Origin: Phycisphaerae bacterium
GTDB lineage: Bacteria > Planctomycetota > Phycisphaerae > SM23-33
NCBI GenBank assembly: GCA_011050235.1
Contig: DRGC01000021.1
Span: 6,081-70,080, forward strand
DNA length: 64,000 nucleotides
Direction of reading: 5' to 3'
Made by a program: the position numbers and the translations under genes. Below the pieces are notes generated by a model that worked only from the letters and a program-made list of their open reading frames with translations, searched no databases and had not been told where the DNA came from. Of this stretch, positions 20,115-29,848 are shown piece by piece. Each line of letters begins with the position of its first letter. Position 1 is the stretch's first letter.

Positions 20115-20930
20115 TCAATGGGGGATCTCAATCGTGCGTTGTTGGCCGAAGCTCTCGATGGTGATCGACCCGTCGGTGCTGACGTGGGCGATGGCGTAGG
20201 CGTTGTTTTCGAGGCCGGGGCCTTCGCACATGGCGCGGAGGGTGATGGTGGGGATGCCGGCGATGGTCTGGAGGTGGCCGGGGTGACAATGGCCTTGGAA
20301 GATGGCGCGGATGTTGCCGGCTGATTCGAGGATTGTTCGTGCGGCGGCGTGGTCGCAGACGACGTGCGGGTCGCGCCGGCCGTCGATTTCGCGGTAGTCG
20401 AGGTTGGCGTGGCAGAAGATGATCGTCGGCCTGTCGCCGGCGGCGGCGAGGTCGTCGGCCAGCCACGCCAGTTGTCGCTCCCCCAGCCAGGTGTCGGCCC
20501 AGTCGTCGGGCATGTGGCCGGGGCCGTGGTCCGAGCCGTCGCGGAAGTGGTTGCTGTCCAGGACGACAAAGTGAATGCCCGCCTTGTCGAAGCTGTAATA
20601 GGCGGGCCGCTGGCGGCCGGCGCAGGCGAGCAGGTCGTCCTTGGTCAGGCAGGCGACGTCGTGGTTGCCCAGGAGGGCGTGGCGGTCGCCGTCGAAGCGT
20701 TGGATTATTTCGGTCGCAGCCGTCAGGTAATCGGCCGGGTCGTTGGGGTCGTCTTCGAGCCGGTCGATGGTGTCGCCGAGATTGACGAGCATGTCGACGC
20801 CGCGCTGGATGAACGTGTCGATACACACCGCCAGCTTGGCCGGCGAGTCACTGAAATACCTCGTGTGCCAGACCCCCCGCCCACAGTGCGCATCAGCCAG
20901 CAGGCCGATGGTCAACGCCGTTGTGCTCAC
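20115..20930 (-). CDS. metallophosphoesterase (calcineurin-like phosphoesterase)
   Basis: Metal-ligand motifs D-x-H (LADAHCG), GDTID and GNHD, plus later His motifs (GHCHPGH). Confidence 0.8.
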   Translation of the reverse strand: MSTTALTIGLLADAHCGRGVWHTRYFSDSPAKLAVCIDTFIQRGVDMLVNLGDTIDRLEDDPNDPADYLTAATEIIQRFDGDRHALLGNHDVACLTKDDLLACAGRQRPAYYSFDKAGIHFVVLDSNHFRDGSDHGPGHMPDDWADTWLGERQLAWLADDLAAAGDRPTIIFCHANLDYREIDGRRDPHVVCDHAAARTILESAGNIRAIFQGHCHPGHLQTIAGIPTITLRAMCEGPGLENNAYAIAHVSTDGSITIESFGQQRTIEIPH

Positions 20931-20964
20931 GCGGGATCCTTTCGGTCAAGCGATCGGGCCGCGG

Positions 20965-21339
20965 TCAGGCTTTGATGTCGTGAGTCATGCCGATGGACTT
21001 GTTGAAGTTGTTGAACGCCGACATCATCGCCGCCACTTCCAGCGCCGCGGTGACTTCCTCATCGGTGGCGCCGGCCTTGAGCGACAGCGCGCGGTGGGCG
21101 TCCACGCAATATCCACAGCCCATTACGGCGCTGACGGCCACGCTGATCAGCTCCTTGGTCTTGGGGTCGAGCCCCTTGCCCGCCGCCTCGGACAAGCTCA
21201 GCATCGCCTGCAGGAAATCGCCGTTTCGGCCCATCGCCTGGAAGACCTCGGGCACGAAGCCGAACTTCTTCTCGATGCCTTCCTGTAGCTTGACAGCCTT
21301 CTCATCGCCGGTCTTGTTGTAGAGTTTCGCAATCGCCAT
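20965..21339 (-). CDS. carboxymuconolactone decarboxylase-family / AhpD-like peroxidase-core protein
   Basis: 124 aa. The CxxC-H motif CGYCVDAH is typical of the AhpD/CMD family. Confidence 0.8.
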   Translation of the reverse strand: MAIAKLYNKTGDEKAVKLQEGIEKKFGFVPEVFQAMGRNGDFLQAMLSLSEAAGKGLDPKTKELISVAVSAVMGCGYCVDAHRALSLKAGATDEEVTAALEVAAMMSAFNNFNKSIGMTHDIKA

Positions 21340-21399
21340 GGTGGAGTGTCCTTTTCGTTGTAGGGGGTTCGGTCAAACTATTGTAGCCGTCGTCGGCCG

Positions 21400-23106
21400 T
21401 CACGACTGGGTTGGTTGGGAGACGGTCTGTTGGCGGCGGATCATCGTGTAGCCGCCGGTCACGTTGCGGATGTTCCCCCGGCCGCGGTTGATCAGCATTC
21501 GCTGGGCAAGGTAGCTGCGATAGCCGGCCGCACAGTGGACGGCGACGGGTCCGTCGGCGGGCACCTCGGCGAGCCGACCTCGCAGGTCGTCGACGGGAAT
21601 GTGCAGCGCGCCATCGAGATGGCCCTTGGCGAACTCCGCGTCGGTTCGCACGTCCAGCACCACCGGCGGATGGTCGCTCGCCAGTTCGTCCAGCAGCTCG
21701 CCCGGCGTCATGGCGGGCATGAGTCCGCGGCGGATGTTGGCCCCGGCAAAGCCGGCCAGGATCACCACATCCTTGGCTGACCCGAACGGCGGAGCATAGC
21801 ACAGGTCGAGTTGCTCGAGGTCGTCGATGGTCAATCCGCCGACGATGGCGGTGGCGATGATGTCGATGCGCTTGTCCACGCCCTCGCCGCCGACGGCCTG
21901 GGCGCCCAGCAGTCGCCCGGTATCGGGGGCGAAGACGATCTTGAGCACCATCATCTGCGCGCCGGGGAAGTAGCTGGCGTGGCTGGGCCCGGGCATGTGG
22001 ACGATCTGGCAGGCGAGGCCTTCGGCGCGGGCCTGGGTTTCGGTCAGGCCGGTCCGGGCGGCCGACATCTCGCACACGCGCACCACGGCCGTGCCGAGAA
22101 CGCCCTTGAGGCTCAGCCGCCGGGGGTCGTCATCGGGTGCGTCTTGCAGGTCGAGCGCCATGTTCGCCCCGGCTGCTCTGCCGGCTTTGTTAGCCGGACC
22201 CGCCAGCGGAATGTTGACCGGCCGAGAGAGCACGAGATGGTTTGTCTCGCTGTTGTCGCCGGCGGCGTAGATCGACGGATCGTTGGTTCGCTGTAATGCA
22301 TCGACCTCGATCGCGCCGGTCGCCCCGAGCTCGACGCCCGCCTGCTGGGCGAGGTCCACGTTCGGCCGAACGCCGATGCCGAAGACGGCCAGATCGAACG
22401 GGATCCGCCGACCGCACCGCGTGACGGCCACGGATTGACCGTCCTCGTCGACGATTTCGGTCACCACGTCGGAAAGGATGATCTCGGCGCCCGCCTTGGT
22501 CAGCGCCTGCTGCAGCGGCAGGGCCATCTCCGGATCCATGGACCGCATCAGTTGGTGAGGCCTTTGGATCAGCGTGACGGCTAGGTCGCGGCGGAGAAGC
22601 TGCTCGGCTGTTTCGAGGCCGATGTACCCGCCGCCCATGACCAACGCTCGCTTGGGGTGGTTCTGGGACAGCCGCGCGATGATGCCGTCCACGTCGGGAA
22701 CGGTGTGGCAGGTGAAGATGTTGTCTCGCTCGATGCCGGGCGCCTCGGGCCGGGTGGGGCGGGCGCCGGTGGCCAGGAGGAGGCGGTCGTAGGTCAGTTG
22801 ATCGGTCGAGCCATTGGCCCGTTGGAACATCACGAGCTTGCGGCCGGGATCGACCGAGGTGACGGTGGTCTCGGTGCGGACGTCCACATTGAAGCGCTGG
22901 GCAAACTGCTTGGCCGAGACGACGAACAGCTTGTCGCGATCGGCGATCTCGCCGCCGACGTAATACGGCAGGCCGCAGTTGGCGAAGCTGATGAAGGGCC
23001 CAGCCTCCAGCAGGACGATCTCGACATCTTCGCTGACCCGGCGGGCCTTGGCGGCGGCCGACGCGCCAGCGGCCACGCCGCCGACGATGACGATACGTTT
23101 GGACAT
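21400..23106 (-). CDS. CoA-disulfide reductase / NADH oxidase-family flavoprotein with a C-terminal rhodanese domain (CoADR-RHD)
   Basis: N-terminal FAD GxGxxG (IVIVGGVAAGASAA). Redox Cys in SFANCGLPYYV, typical of CoADR/Nox. Second NAD-binding GxGxxG. C-terminal rhodanese with active-site Cys (VHCAAGYRS). Confidence 0.8.
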   Translation of the reverse strand: MSKRIVIVGGVAAGASAAAKARRVSEDVEIVLLEAGPFISFANCGLPYYVGGEIADRDKLFVVSAKQFAQRFNVDVRTETTVTSVDPGRKLVMFQRANGSTDQLTYDRLLLATGARPTRPEAPGIERDNIFTCHTVPDVDGIIARLSQNHPKRALVMGGGYIGLETAEQLLRRDLAVTLIQRPHQLMRSMDPEMALPLQQALTKAGAEIILSDVVTEIVDEDGQSVAVTRCGRRIPFDLAVFGIGVRPNVDLAQQAGVELGATGAIEVDALQRTNDPSIYAAGDNSETNHLVLSRPVNIPLAGPANKAGRAAGANMALDLQDAPDDDPRRLSLKGVLGTAVVRVCEMSAARTGLTETQARAEGLACQIVHMPGPSHASYFPGAQMMVLKIVFAPDTGRLLGAQAVGGEGVDKRIDIIATAIVGGLTIDDLEQLDLCYAPPFGSAKDVVILAGFAGANIRRGLMPAMTPGELLDELASDHPPVVLDVRTDAEFAKGHLDGALHIPVDDLRGRLAEVPADGPVAVHCAAGYRSYLAQRMLINRGRGNIRNVTGGYTMIRRQQTVSQPTQS

Positions 23107-23119
23107 GTGTCTGTCTCCA

Positions 23120-23299
23120 CTATGGGTTGATCAGATACCACGCCACCGCTGCGCCGAACGCCGCACCGGCCAGGATGGTGAACACCAGATTCGATCGCGG
23201 GCGGCAGGCTTGGCTGCTGCACACGCCCGCTCGCCCCAGCAGCAGCCCACCGGCCGCCCCCACCGCCGCGCCCAACAGGACTTTGACTGCGATTTCCAT
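23120..23299 (-). CDS. small two-helix membrane protein (DUF6132-like) associated with the sulfur/redox operon
   Basis: Not in the ORF track (59 aa). Reverse translation reads MEIAVKVLLGAAVGAAGGLLLGRAGVCSSQACRPRSNLVFTILAGAAFGAAVAWYLINP. There are two Gly/Ala-rich hydrophobic segments flanking a Cys-x4-Cys loop. It lies between arsR and the CoADR-RHD gene on the same strand. Confidence 0.5.
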   Translation of the reverse strand: MEIAVKVLLGAAVGAAGGLLLGRAGVCSSQACRPRSNLVFTILAGAAFGAAVAWYLINP

Positions 23300-23303
23300 G
23301 GTC

Positions 23304-23627
23304 TCAGCGCCTTCGCCCGCGGGGGGCGTTGCGATACATGCACTGCAGAAGGCTCTTGGCGACGGGGTGCACCACGCGGTAGTACACGCGGCGGCCGTCG
23401 CGATGGCGGCGGACGATGCTGTGGGCCGCCATCCCGCTGAGGTGCTGGCTGACGGCGTTGGGGGCCAAATCCAACCGCTCGGCCACGTCGGCGACGGTGA
23501 CGTCCTCGCGCAGGAGCAGGTCGACGATCCGCAGCCGATCGGGGTGCCCCAGCACCCGCAGGACCGGCGCGATCTTGGAAAAGACCTCGTCGGGTAGCGA
23601 TGGTTTGGCCCGGGCCTTGGTAGTCAT
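23304..23627 (-). CDS. ArsR/SmtB-family transcriptional regulator
   Basis: Winged-HTH region HPDRLRIVDLL...VADVAERLDLAPNAVSQHL. 107 aa. Confidence 0.85.
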   Translation of the reverse strand: MTTKARAKPSLPDEVFSKIAPVLRVLGHPDRLRIVDLLLREDVTVADVAERLDLAPNAVSQHLSGMAAHSIVRRHRDGRRVYYRVVHPVAKSLLQCMYRNAPRGRRR

Positions 23628-23670
23628 ACAATCAAGATATCAAGATAGTCTGATATAGTCAAGGCGCGAT
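23628..23670 (-). promoter_or_regulatory. AT-rich promoter/operator candidate immediately upstream of arsR
   Basis: Gene-strand sequence reads TTGACTATATCAGACTATCTTGATATCTTGATTGT-ATG. It has a -35-like TTGACT, a -10-like TATCTT, and imperfect inverted/direct repeats of ATCAAGATA. It is strongly AT-rich in a GC-rich genome and abuts the start codon, suggesting a short or leaderless 5' UTR. Confidence 0.45.
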
Positions 23671-23711
23671 TCCAGTTTTTCTTGTTCGAGACATGGCGCG
23701 ACATATGCGAG

Positions 23712-24530
23712 CTATCGCCCGCTGAGGCTGATGCTGGTGTCGGTTTTCGATTGCGGCCGGCCTCCGGCGACGCCGGCGGCGTTGGCGTAGATCTCGTCGC
23801 CGCGGATGCCGCAGGCGGAATCATCCGCATCCTGCCATTGGTAAGCCCCGCTGAAAAGCAGGTATCCCGTCCCTTCCTTGGGATGGTTGGAAGGCCGTCG
23901 ATTCGGGCCGATCGGTTCACCGGGGCTGCGGTCGGCGAAGATCACCATGCTGCCGTCGAGTGCGTCGGAGAACGGTGCGGGGTTCGGGTTGCCCTGAGCG
24001 TCCAGAACGTACGGCCAGTGCATCCCGTAGGAATACTCATAAGCGCTCGTCCAGCCATAGCGGCTAGAGGTGGCGCGCTCCTCCCAGTTGCGGTCGGCTG
24101 GGCAACGGAAGGTCCTCGTCATGGCAAGCTCCTCCTTGATCAGCAGCCAGACGTTCTGCATCGCCTGGTCGCCGAGAGCAGTTTCCCATTGTCCCGTGTC
24201 GTAGTCGTCGTCTGTCCCATTGGCCTGCGTGGGCGGACCGTTGGCGCCGCCGCCGACCGTCTCGTTGGATTTGATTATCGGGGACAGATCGTTGTTCTCG
24301 GCCATGTAAAGGGCAACGGCCTTGCCGATACCCATCAGATTCGCCTGGCACATGGTGCTGATATGGCCGCCATGGTGGCCCCGAAGACGCAGGATGGTCG
24401 GCAAGAATGACACCACCGCGAAGCCGCCGATGATGCTGGCAATGATGATCATCCCCAGCTTAGCGCCGCTGGCCTTGCCGGGCGCGCGTGGCGGCCCCTG
24501 AGTCGGAGGGGGCGTAACCGAATCGTTCAT
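23712..24530 (-). CDS. membrane-anchored DUF1559-like hypothetical protein
   Basis: Start chosen at MNDSVTPPP. There is one TM segment (LGMIIIASIIGGFAVVSFLPTIL) followed by STMCQANLMGIGKAVALYMAENND, resembling the DUF1559 Cys-x2-N-L-x-Q-I-G-x-A motif. No classic FTLxE pilin start. Confidence 0.5.
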   Translation of the reverse strand: MNDSVTPPPTQGPPRAPGKASGAKLGMIIIASIIGGFAVVSFLPTILRLRGHHGGHISTMCQANLMGIGKAVALYMAENNDLSPIIKSNETVGGGANGPPTQANGTDDDYDTGQWETALGDQAMQNVWLLIKEELAMTRTFRCPADRNWEERATSSRYGWTSAYEYSYGMHWPYVLDAQGNPNPAPFSDALDGSMVIFADRSPGEPIGPNRRPSNHPKEGTGYLLFSGAYQWQDADDSACGIRGDEIYANAAGVAGGRPQSKTDTSISLSGR

Positions 24531-24535
24531 GGGGG

Positions 24536-25753
24536 TTATCCCTTCTGACTCGATGGATCGATAGGCTCGGTGTTGCCGGCATCCTTCTTGAGGTAGAGCG
24601 TTTGGGTCGGGAAGGCGAACTCGATGCCTTCGTCGTTGAAGCGTTGGAGCAGTTCCATGTTGAAATCGTGAGTGAAGTCCAAGTAGGGCTCCCATTCCGG
24701 CGGCGTGAACCAGTAGGTCACGCCGATGTTGAGGCTGTCGGCGTTGAAGTCGGTGAAGTGGACGCGCCCCTTGCGGTCTTCGGGGAACGAATCGGCCCGG
24801 GCGGCGAGCATCTCCTTGAGGATCGCCACGGCTCGCCTGACCTTCTCCGGCGAGGTGTCGTAGGTGACGGTCACAGCCAACGAGCGTTTGATGTAGGTCC
24901 GACGGGAGACGTTCTCGATGGTCTCGTTGGCAATCACGGCGTTGGGGATGATGACCTGATTGCCGGTCAGCGTGCGGATGCGGGTCGAGCGAAAGCCCAC
25001 CTCCTCGATGAAGCCGTCGTGGCCGTGCACGCGGATGCGGTCGTCCTTGTGGAACGGCCGATCCGCGAAGATCGTTATCGACCCGAACAGGTTGGCGATC
25101 GTGTCCTTGGCCGCCAGGGCGAACGCCAAGCCGCCCAGCCCAAGACCCGCCAGCAGTGTTCCGATGTCGGCCTGGAAGCCTTTCTTGGCGACGTACAGAG
25201 CAGCGATGATGACGACGAACACCCGCAGCGCCTTGCGGATCAGCGGCACGAGTTGGTTGTCCAGAGGTGTGTCGGTGCGGTCGGCCAATCTGAGGAGGTA
25301 GTGCTCGACGACGTCCACGAGGCGATAGATCAGCCAGCCAACGCCCAGCGACGCCGCCAACCGGACGGCCTGGTCCCAGATGTGGGCCAGCGTCGTGCCC
25401 TCGTCGCCCAGGGGAACGCTCAGGTCCATGAAGAAGCGCGACAGGTACGCCCCGAGCACCACCAGCAGCATGATGGCCGGGCGCTCAATCGACCGGAACG
25501 TGGCCTCCAGCCCCTGCCAGCCGGGCCGCGCCGCCAGATGGTCGGCATGGCGGATCAGCAGGAAGGAGAGCGTCTTGCCCAAGACCATAGAGCCGAAGAT
25601 CACGCCCAGCAGCGACGCCCATCGCCACGGCTCGTTGTCCAGAATCCACGGCCGGTAGAACCAACCGCCCAAGTTTGCCAATAATGTTACTGTCATCTCG
25701 ATCAACTCCCTGTGGGCCGCTCGCACTGTCGCTTGCCCGGTCGCCTCGGACAA
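24536..25753 (-). CDS. mechanosensitive ion channel (MscS family)
   Basis: TM helices plus the conserved MscS beta domain (IGTLLAGLGLGGLAFALAAKDTIANLFGSITIFADRPFHKDDRIRV). Confidence 0.85.
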   Translation of the reverse strand: MSEATGQATVRAAHRELIEMTVTLLANLGGWFYRPWILDNEPWRWASLLGVIFGSMVLGKTLSFLLIRHADHLAARPGWQGLEATFRSIERPAIMLLVVLGAYLSRFFMDLSVPLGDEGTTLAHIWDQAVRLAASLGVGWLIYRLVDVVEHYLLRLADRTDTPLDNQLVPLIRKALRVFVVIIAALYVAKKGFQADIGTLLAGLGLGGLAFALAAKDTIANLFGSITIFADRPFHKDDRIRVHGHDGFIEEVGFRSTRIRTLTGNQVIIPNAVIANETIENVSRRTYIKRSLAVTVTYDTSPEKVRRAVAILKEMLAARADSFPEDRKGRVHFTDFNADSLNIGVTYWFTPPEWEPYLDFTHDFNMELLQRFNDEGIEFAFPTQTLYLKKDAGNTEPIDPSSQKG

Positions 25754-25820
25754 TAGCCTACCGTCGGGCGGTTGTCATGCAAGGGGCTGGGGGATATAGT
25801 CCACGCGCAAGGAGAAAGCA

Positions 25821-26720
25821 ATGGGCGAGCAGACACGACGCGTGGGCTTTGTAGGCACGGGCATCATGGGCGGGCCGATGGCGGCCAACTGCATCCAGGC
25901 CGGCTTTGCCGTCACCGTCTTCAACCGCACCGCCGCCAAGACCAAACCGCTGGCCGATGCGGGGGCGACCGTGGCCGACTCCCCTGCCGCCGTGGCGGCC
26001 GCCAGTGATATTGTCTGCTCGTGCGTGACAGCCGACGCCGACGTGCTGAGCGTCGTGCTGGATGAGCGGACGGGCATCATCGCCGGCGCGGAATCGGGGA
26101 CGATCGTCGTCGACCACTCGACCGTCTCGCCCGGCGTGGCCGTCCAGTGCGCCGAGGCGCTGCGGGCCAAAGGCGTCGGCTACCTCGATGCACCGATCTC
26201 CGGCGGGGACGTGGGCGCCAAGGCCGGCACGCTGAGCATCATGGTCGGCGGCGAGCGGGCCGACTTCGACCGCGCGCTGCCCGTGCTGGAGGCGATGGGC
26301 AAGACGGTGACCTATTGCGGCAAGACGGGGGCGGGCTACACCGTCAAGCTGTGCAACCAGATTCTTGGCGGGCTGCACCTGGTCGCCGCCGCCGAGGCGA
26401 TCTCACTGGCCAAGGCCGCCGGCGTGGACCTGGAGGCGATGCTGCAGGCGGTCTGCTCGGGAGCGGCCGGCAGTTGGATCCTATCCAACCTCGGGCCCAA
26501 GATGGTCGCCGGCGACGACAAGCCGGGCTTCTTCATCGACTACCAGCTCAAGGACCTCAAACTCGCCACCGCAGCGGCCGACAAACTCGACCTCCCCCTA
26601 CCGGGCGCAGCCCTGGCGACCCAACTCATGAAAGCGGCCTCCGCCCAAGGCCACGGCCGAGACGGCACCCAAGCCATCTTCCACGTCATTCAATCCCTAG
26701 CCGCCAACAGATCCGACTAG
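25821..26720 (+). CDS. NAD(P)-dependent 3-hydroxyisobutyrate dehydrogenase-family oxidoreductase (HIBADH / 2-hydroxy-3-oxopropionate reductase-like)
   Basis: N-terminal Rossmann GFVGTGIMGGPMAAN, DAPISGG, and the catalytic Lys region GAGYTVKLCNQIL. Confidence 0.85.
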   Translation: MGEQTRRVGFVGTGIMGGPMAANCIQAGFAVTVFNRTAAKTKPLADAGATVADSPAAVAAASDIVCSCVTADADVLSVVLDERTGIIAGAESGTIVVDHSTVSPGVAVQCAEALRAKGVGYLDAPISGGDVGAKAGTLSIMVGGERADFDRALPVLEAMGKTVTYCGKTGAGYTVKLCNQILGGLHLVAAAEAISLAKAAGVDLEAMLQAVCSGAAGSWILSNLGPKMVAGDDKPGFFIDYQLKDLKLATAAADKLDLPLPGAALATQLMKAASAQGHGRDGTQAIFHVIQSLAANRSD

Positions 26721-26771
26721 CTCCCATCCCCCCCCCCGCCCACGCGCACCCCCAGAGCCCAGCCCATTGGG

Positions 26772-28259
26772 TTAGCTTCGTTTCTCGATCTGTCTTATGA
26801 GGTTGGCGAAAACGAAGTGGTGGCAGGGCATGAGTGCGTACCAATACAAGCGCCCGAGAATGCTGGTCGTGTGGTAGAACGCCGTTACCGCCAGGGCCCT
26901 GGCGCCGTCGCGGTCGGTGATGGTGAATTCCAGCCACGCTTGGCCGGGCAGCTTCATCTCCGCACGCAGGAGTAGCTTGTTGTTCGGCTGCAGGTCTTCG
27001 ACCCGCCAGAAGCCCACCACGTCGTTGATCTTCAGGGCCGAGACGCTCCTGCGTCCACGCGAAGAACCGACCCCAAGAAGAAGCTTGTCGATTTGACCTC
27101 GAAGGCGCCACAGCCAGTTGCTGTGAAACCAACCCTCCCTGCCGCCGACCTTGCAGATGGAACCGAAGAGCGAGGCGGCGGTCTTGACGGTGGTCAATGA
27201 GTAGGAGGCGGTGTACGTCGGCGCCGCGTCCAGCTCATGCAGCTTCACCGCCAGTTCATGGGCGGGTGGATAGGCGTCTGACCACCGGGTATGCACGCGG
27301 TCCTGCTGCTGGCGAGACATGGCCGTGACGATGGCCTGTCGATACGTGAGCAGCGGGAATGGAAGGTGGTGCTGGATGGTCCGGTCCCGGCAGACGACTT
27401 CGTTGGCCAGTCCCTCCATCAGACAGCGAGTGATGGGTGCGGCGACGGGCGTGATCAGGCTGCCGAAGTAGGCGAACAAGCTGATGTTCATGGAGGCAAC
27501 GCGCAGAAAGAATCGTTTCTTTCCCAGCAGTTCGGCCATGCCGGCCAACATCTGCTCATAGGTCAGAATGTCCACGCCCCCGATGTCAAAGTCCTGTCCA
27601 GCCGTTTCGGGTGTTTCCAAGACGCCGACGAGATACTTAATGACGTCGCGGATGGCGATCGGTTGACACTTGTTCCTGGCCCAATCGGGAACCAGGATGA
27701 CAGGGAAGTTCCTCACCAAATGCTCGATGATCTCGTAGGACGCGCTGCCCGCGCCGATGATGATTGCCGCCCGAAGGGTCGTCACCGGAACAGCGCCACG
27801 GGCGAGCTCCTTGGCAATTCGGATACGACTTCGCAAATGCTCGGACAGCGGCTGTCGCGCATCGCCCAGGCCTCCCAGATAGATGATGCGGGACACGCCT
27901 GCGCGCTCGGCCGCTCTTCGGAAGTTGACCGCGGCCTGAAGATCAGCGGCCAGGAACCGCTCAGGCCCAAGGAGAAGAGAGTGGATCAGGTAGTACGCGG
28001 CGTGGACATCCTTCAGGGCCTGGTCGAGGCTTTTCGGCTGGAGGGCGTCGGCGACGACGATCTCGGCGTCGGGCCATCGCGTCTGGTATTCCGGGGACGC
28101 GGCCCGAACCATCGCTCGGACCTGGTACCCACGGGCCAGCAGCTCCGGCGTCAGGCGCCCGCCAATATAACCGGAGGCGCCCGTCACCAGGATCTTTCCT
28201 ATCTCCGGCTGGCTTGTGGACGGTAGGTCATGGCAGAAAGGTTTTTCTGTGGGCTCCAT
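26772..28259 (-). CDS. NAD(P)H-binding NmrA/SDR-like protein with a C-terminal DUF2867-like domain
   Basis: Start chosen at MEPTEKPF. Rossmann motif ILVTGASGYIGGRL. Roughly 495 aa with a long C-terminal extension. The ORF-track N-terminal extension is Arg-rich junk. Confidence 0.7.
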   Translation of the reverse strand: MEPTEKPFCHDLPSTSQPEIGKILVTGASGYIGGRLTPELLARGYQVRAMVRAASPEYQTRWPDAEIVVADALQPKSLDQALKDVHAAYYLIHSLLLGPERFLAADLQAAVNFRRAAERAGVSRIIYLGGLGDARQPLSEHLRSRIRIAKELARGAVPVTTLRAAIIIGAGSASYEIIEHLVRNFPVILVPDWARNKCQPIAIRDVIKYLVGVLETPETAGQDFDIGGVDILTYEQMLAGMAELLGKKRFFLRVASMNISLFAYFGSLITPVAAPITRCLMEGLANEVVCRDRTIQHHLPFPLLTYRQAIVTAMSRQQQDRVHTRWSDAYPPAHELAVKLHELDAAPTYTASYSLTTVKTAASLFGSICKVGGREGWFHSNWLWRLRGQIDKLLLGVGSSRGRRSVSALKINDVVGFWRVEDLQPNNKLLLRAEMKLPGQAWLEFTITDRDGARALAVTAFYHTTSILGRLYWYALMPCHHFVFANLIRQIEKRS

Positions 28260-28707
28260 ATGGCGTTCTATGGATGGTCTCGAATCACGCGGCCGTGGTG
28301 AAGCGCCTGCTGGTCTGTTGCATCGCTGCGCCCTTCTCGGCTGCCTCATTACGGATGTGAGCCGCTTACCGAATGATAGGGCCCGGAGACGACGACGCAA
28401 TGCCTATGCATCCCGAGAACGTCATCCGGGGTAGATAAGCAGCGATTGGAGCTCTGTCCCCGCAGAAAACTCCGTGCGGCCAATGAGCGGACGCGGCTGG
28501 CTAATCGGTGGCCTTGAACGCAGTAGTCGGGAGCGTGCTTTGCACGCACGTGTCCTGTGTGCGTGAGTCCGCCTCAACTGAGCTGGCCGAAGTCAGAGGA
28601 CCCACCCTCCTGAACCGCCGACGTCCCCTGCCCTCCGCGGCCGTGGCCGGGACAAAATCCGGGCCGTCTTCGATGTCCTGCAATTCCTTGCTGGCGGCGC
28701 TGCGCGG

Positions 28708-29661
28708 TTAGCTGTCGACGGAGGCGCCTAGTGTTGCGAGGATGCGGTCGAAGTCTTCTAGGCTGTAGTATTCGATCGTCATCTTGCCGGTGTGTTTGGA
28801 TTTGCCCGGCGAGATCGTGACGCGCGTGCCGATCTGTTGGGTGAGCTGCTGTTCGAGGTCGCTGATGTAGGGCGGCTTGGTGCGGGCCGGTCGCTTGGCG
28901 GGTTGGGAGTCTTGACGGGTTGGGTCGGCGGCCAGGAGGCCTTCGAGCTGACGGACGGATAGCTGATCCTTGATGACCCGCTTGGCCAGGGCCAGTTGAC
29001 GGTCGGCTTGGCCCGCCAGGCCGGCCAGGGCGCGCGCATGGCCGAACGTCAGGTGCCCGGCCAGGAGGAGCTTCTGCACGCCATCGCACAAGTCAAGTAT
29101 ACGCAAGTAGTTAGCGACTGTCTCGCGGGAAGTTCCCAGCCTTTCGGCCAGTTGGGCCTGGGTGAGTTCGAACCGGTCGATCACATCGCGAAACGCCTGG
29201 GCCCGCTCGACGGCGTTGAGGTCCTCGCGCTGGATGTTCTCGATGAGGGCCCATTCGAGGATTTGCTCATCGCTGGCCTGGCGGACGATGACGGGGACCT
29301 TGTTCAGGCCGGCTTGGCTGGCGGCCTGGAGGCGCCGCTGGCCTGCGACCAGGACGTAAGGCTTTCCGCCGGTATGAGCTTGCCCCGCTGGCGATAGCAG
29401 CAGAGGCTGCAAGACCCCCTGCTGTCGGATCGACTCGGCCAGGTCGGCAAGCTGCTGCTTGTCGAATTGCTTGCGCGGCTGATATGGGTTCGGCGCGATC
29501 TGATCGATCGAGACTTCGAGAGCCTCGACGACCGGCTTGGCCGACTCGTCGACGGCCACGTATGTGCCGCTGTCCTTCTTAGGTGCGGTGTTAACGATCA
29601 GGCTCGAGAGCCCCCTGCCCAGGCGTGGTCTGCTTTGGGTTTGCTTGGCTTGGCCAGTCAT
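28708..29661 (-). CDS. parB: chromosome partitioning protein ParB (Spo0J)
   Basis: Start at MTGQAKQT. ParB box GERRLRA-like (VAGQRRLQAA). HTH (TQAQLAERLGTSRETVANYLRIL). The longer ORF-track N-terminus MNRRTRMFHVEH... is an artefact of reading through a parS palindrome. Confidence 0.9.
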   Translation of the reverse strand: MTGQAKQTQSRPRLGRGLSSLIVNTAPKKDSGTYVAVDESAKPVVEALEVSIDQIAPNPYQPRKQFDKQQLADLAESIRQQGVLQPLLLSPAGQAHTGGKPYVLVAGQRRLQAASQAGLNKVPVIVRQASDEQILEWALIENIQREDLNAVERAQAFRDVIDRFELTQAQLAERLGTSRETVANYLRILDLCDGVQKLLLAGHLTFGHARALAGLAGQADRQLALAKRVIKDQLSVRQLEGLLAADPTRQDSQPAKRPARTKPPYISDLEQQLTQQIGTRVTISPGKSKHTGKMTIEYYSLEDFDRILATLGASVDS

Positions 29662-29716
29662 GTCAGGCCTCCGTTCCCGGTGCACTGTGGTTCTAGTTAT
29701 CGGGCATCGACCGGAA

Positions 29717-29732
29717 TGTTCCACGTGGAACA
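29717..29732. promoter_or_regulatory. parS centromere-like site 1 (TGTTCCACGTGGAACA)
   Basis: Perfect 16-bp palindrome matching the parS consensus tGTTnCACGTGaAACa. Located 56 nt upstream of the parB start. Confidence 0.85.
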
Positions 29733-29832
29733 TCCGTGTTCGTCGATTCATAGGATACGGCGTGTGGCTGGGCCGTCAAGAAGAAACTCCCCCGCCGCTC
29801 TGCGCCGGCCGCCACTTGGGTGCGCAGGTGGG

Positions 29833-29848
29833 TGTTCCACGTGGAACA
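29833..29848. promoter_or_regulatory. parS centromere-like site 2 (TGTTCCACGTGGAACA)
   Basis: Second identical perfect palindrome. Confidence 0.85.

Noticed and set aside
28480-28600. tRNA-like appearance (GGTGGCC...GGCCACC ends, internal hairpins) downstream of parB
   Set aside because: No T-loop GTTCRANYC or D-loop consensus, and the acceptor stem does not pair correctly. More likely tandem terminator hairpins (CGTGC-ttt-GCACG and CACGCAC-n7-GTGCGTG).
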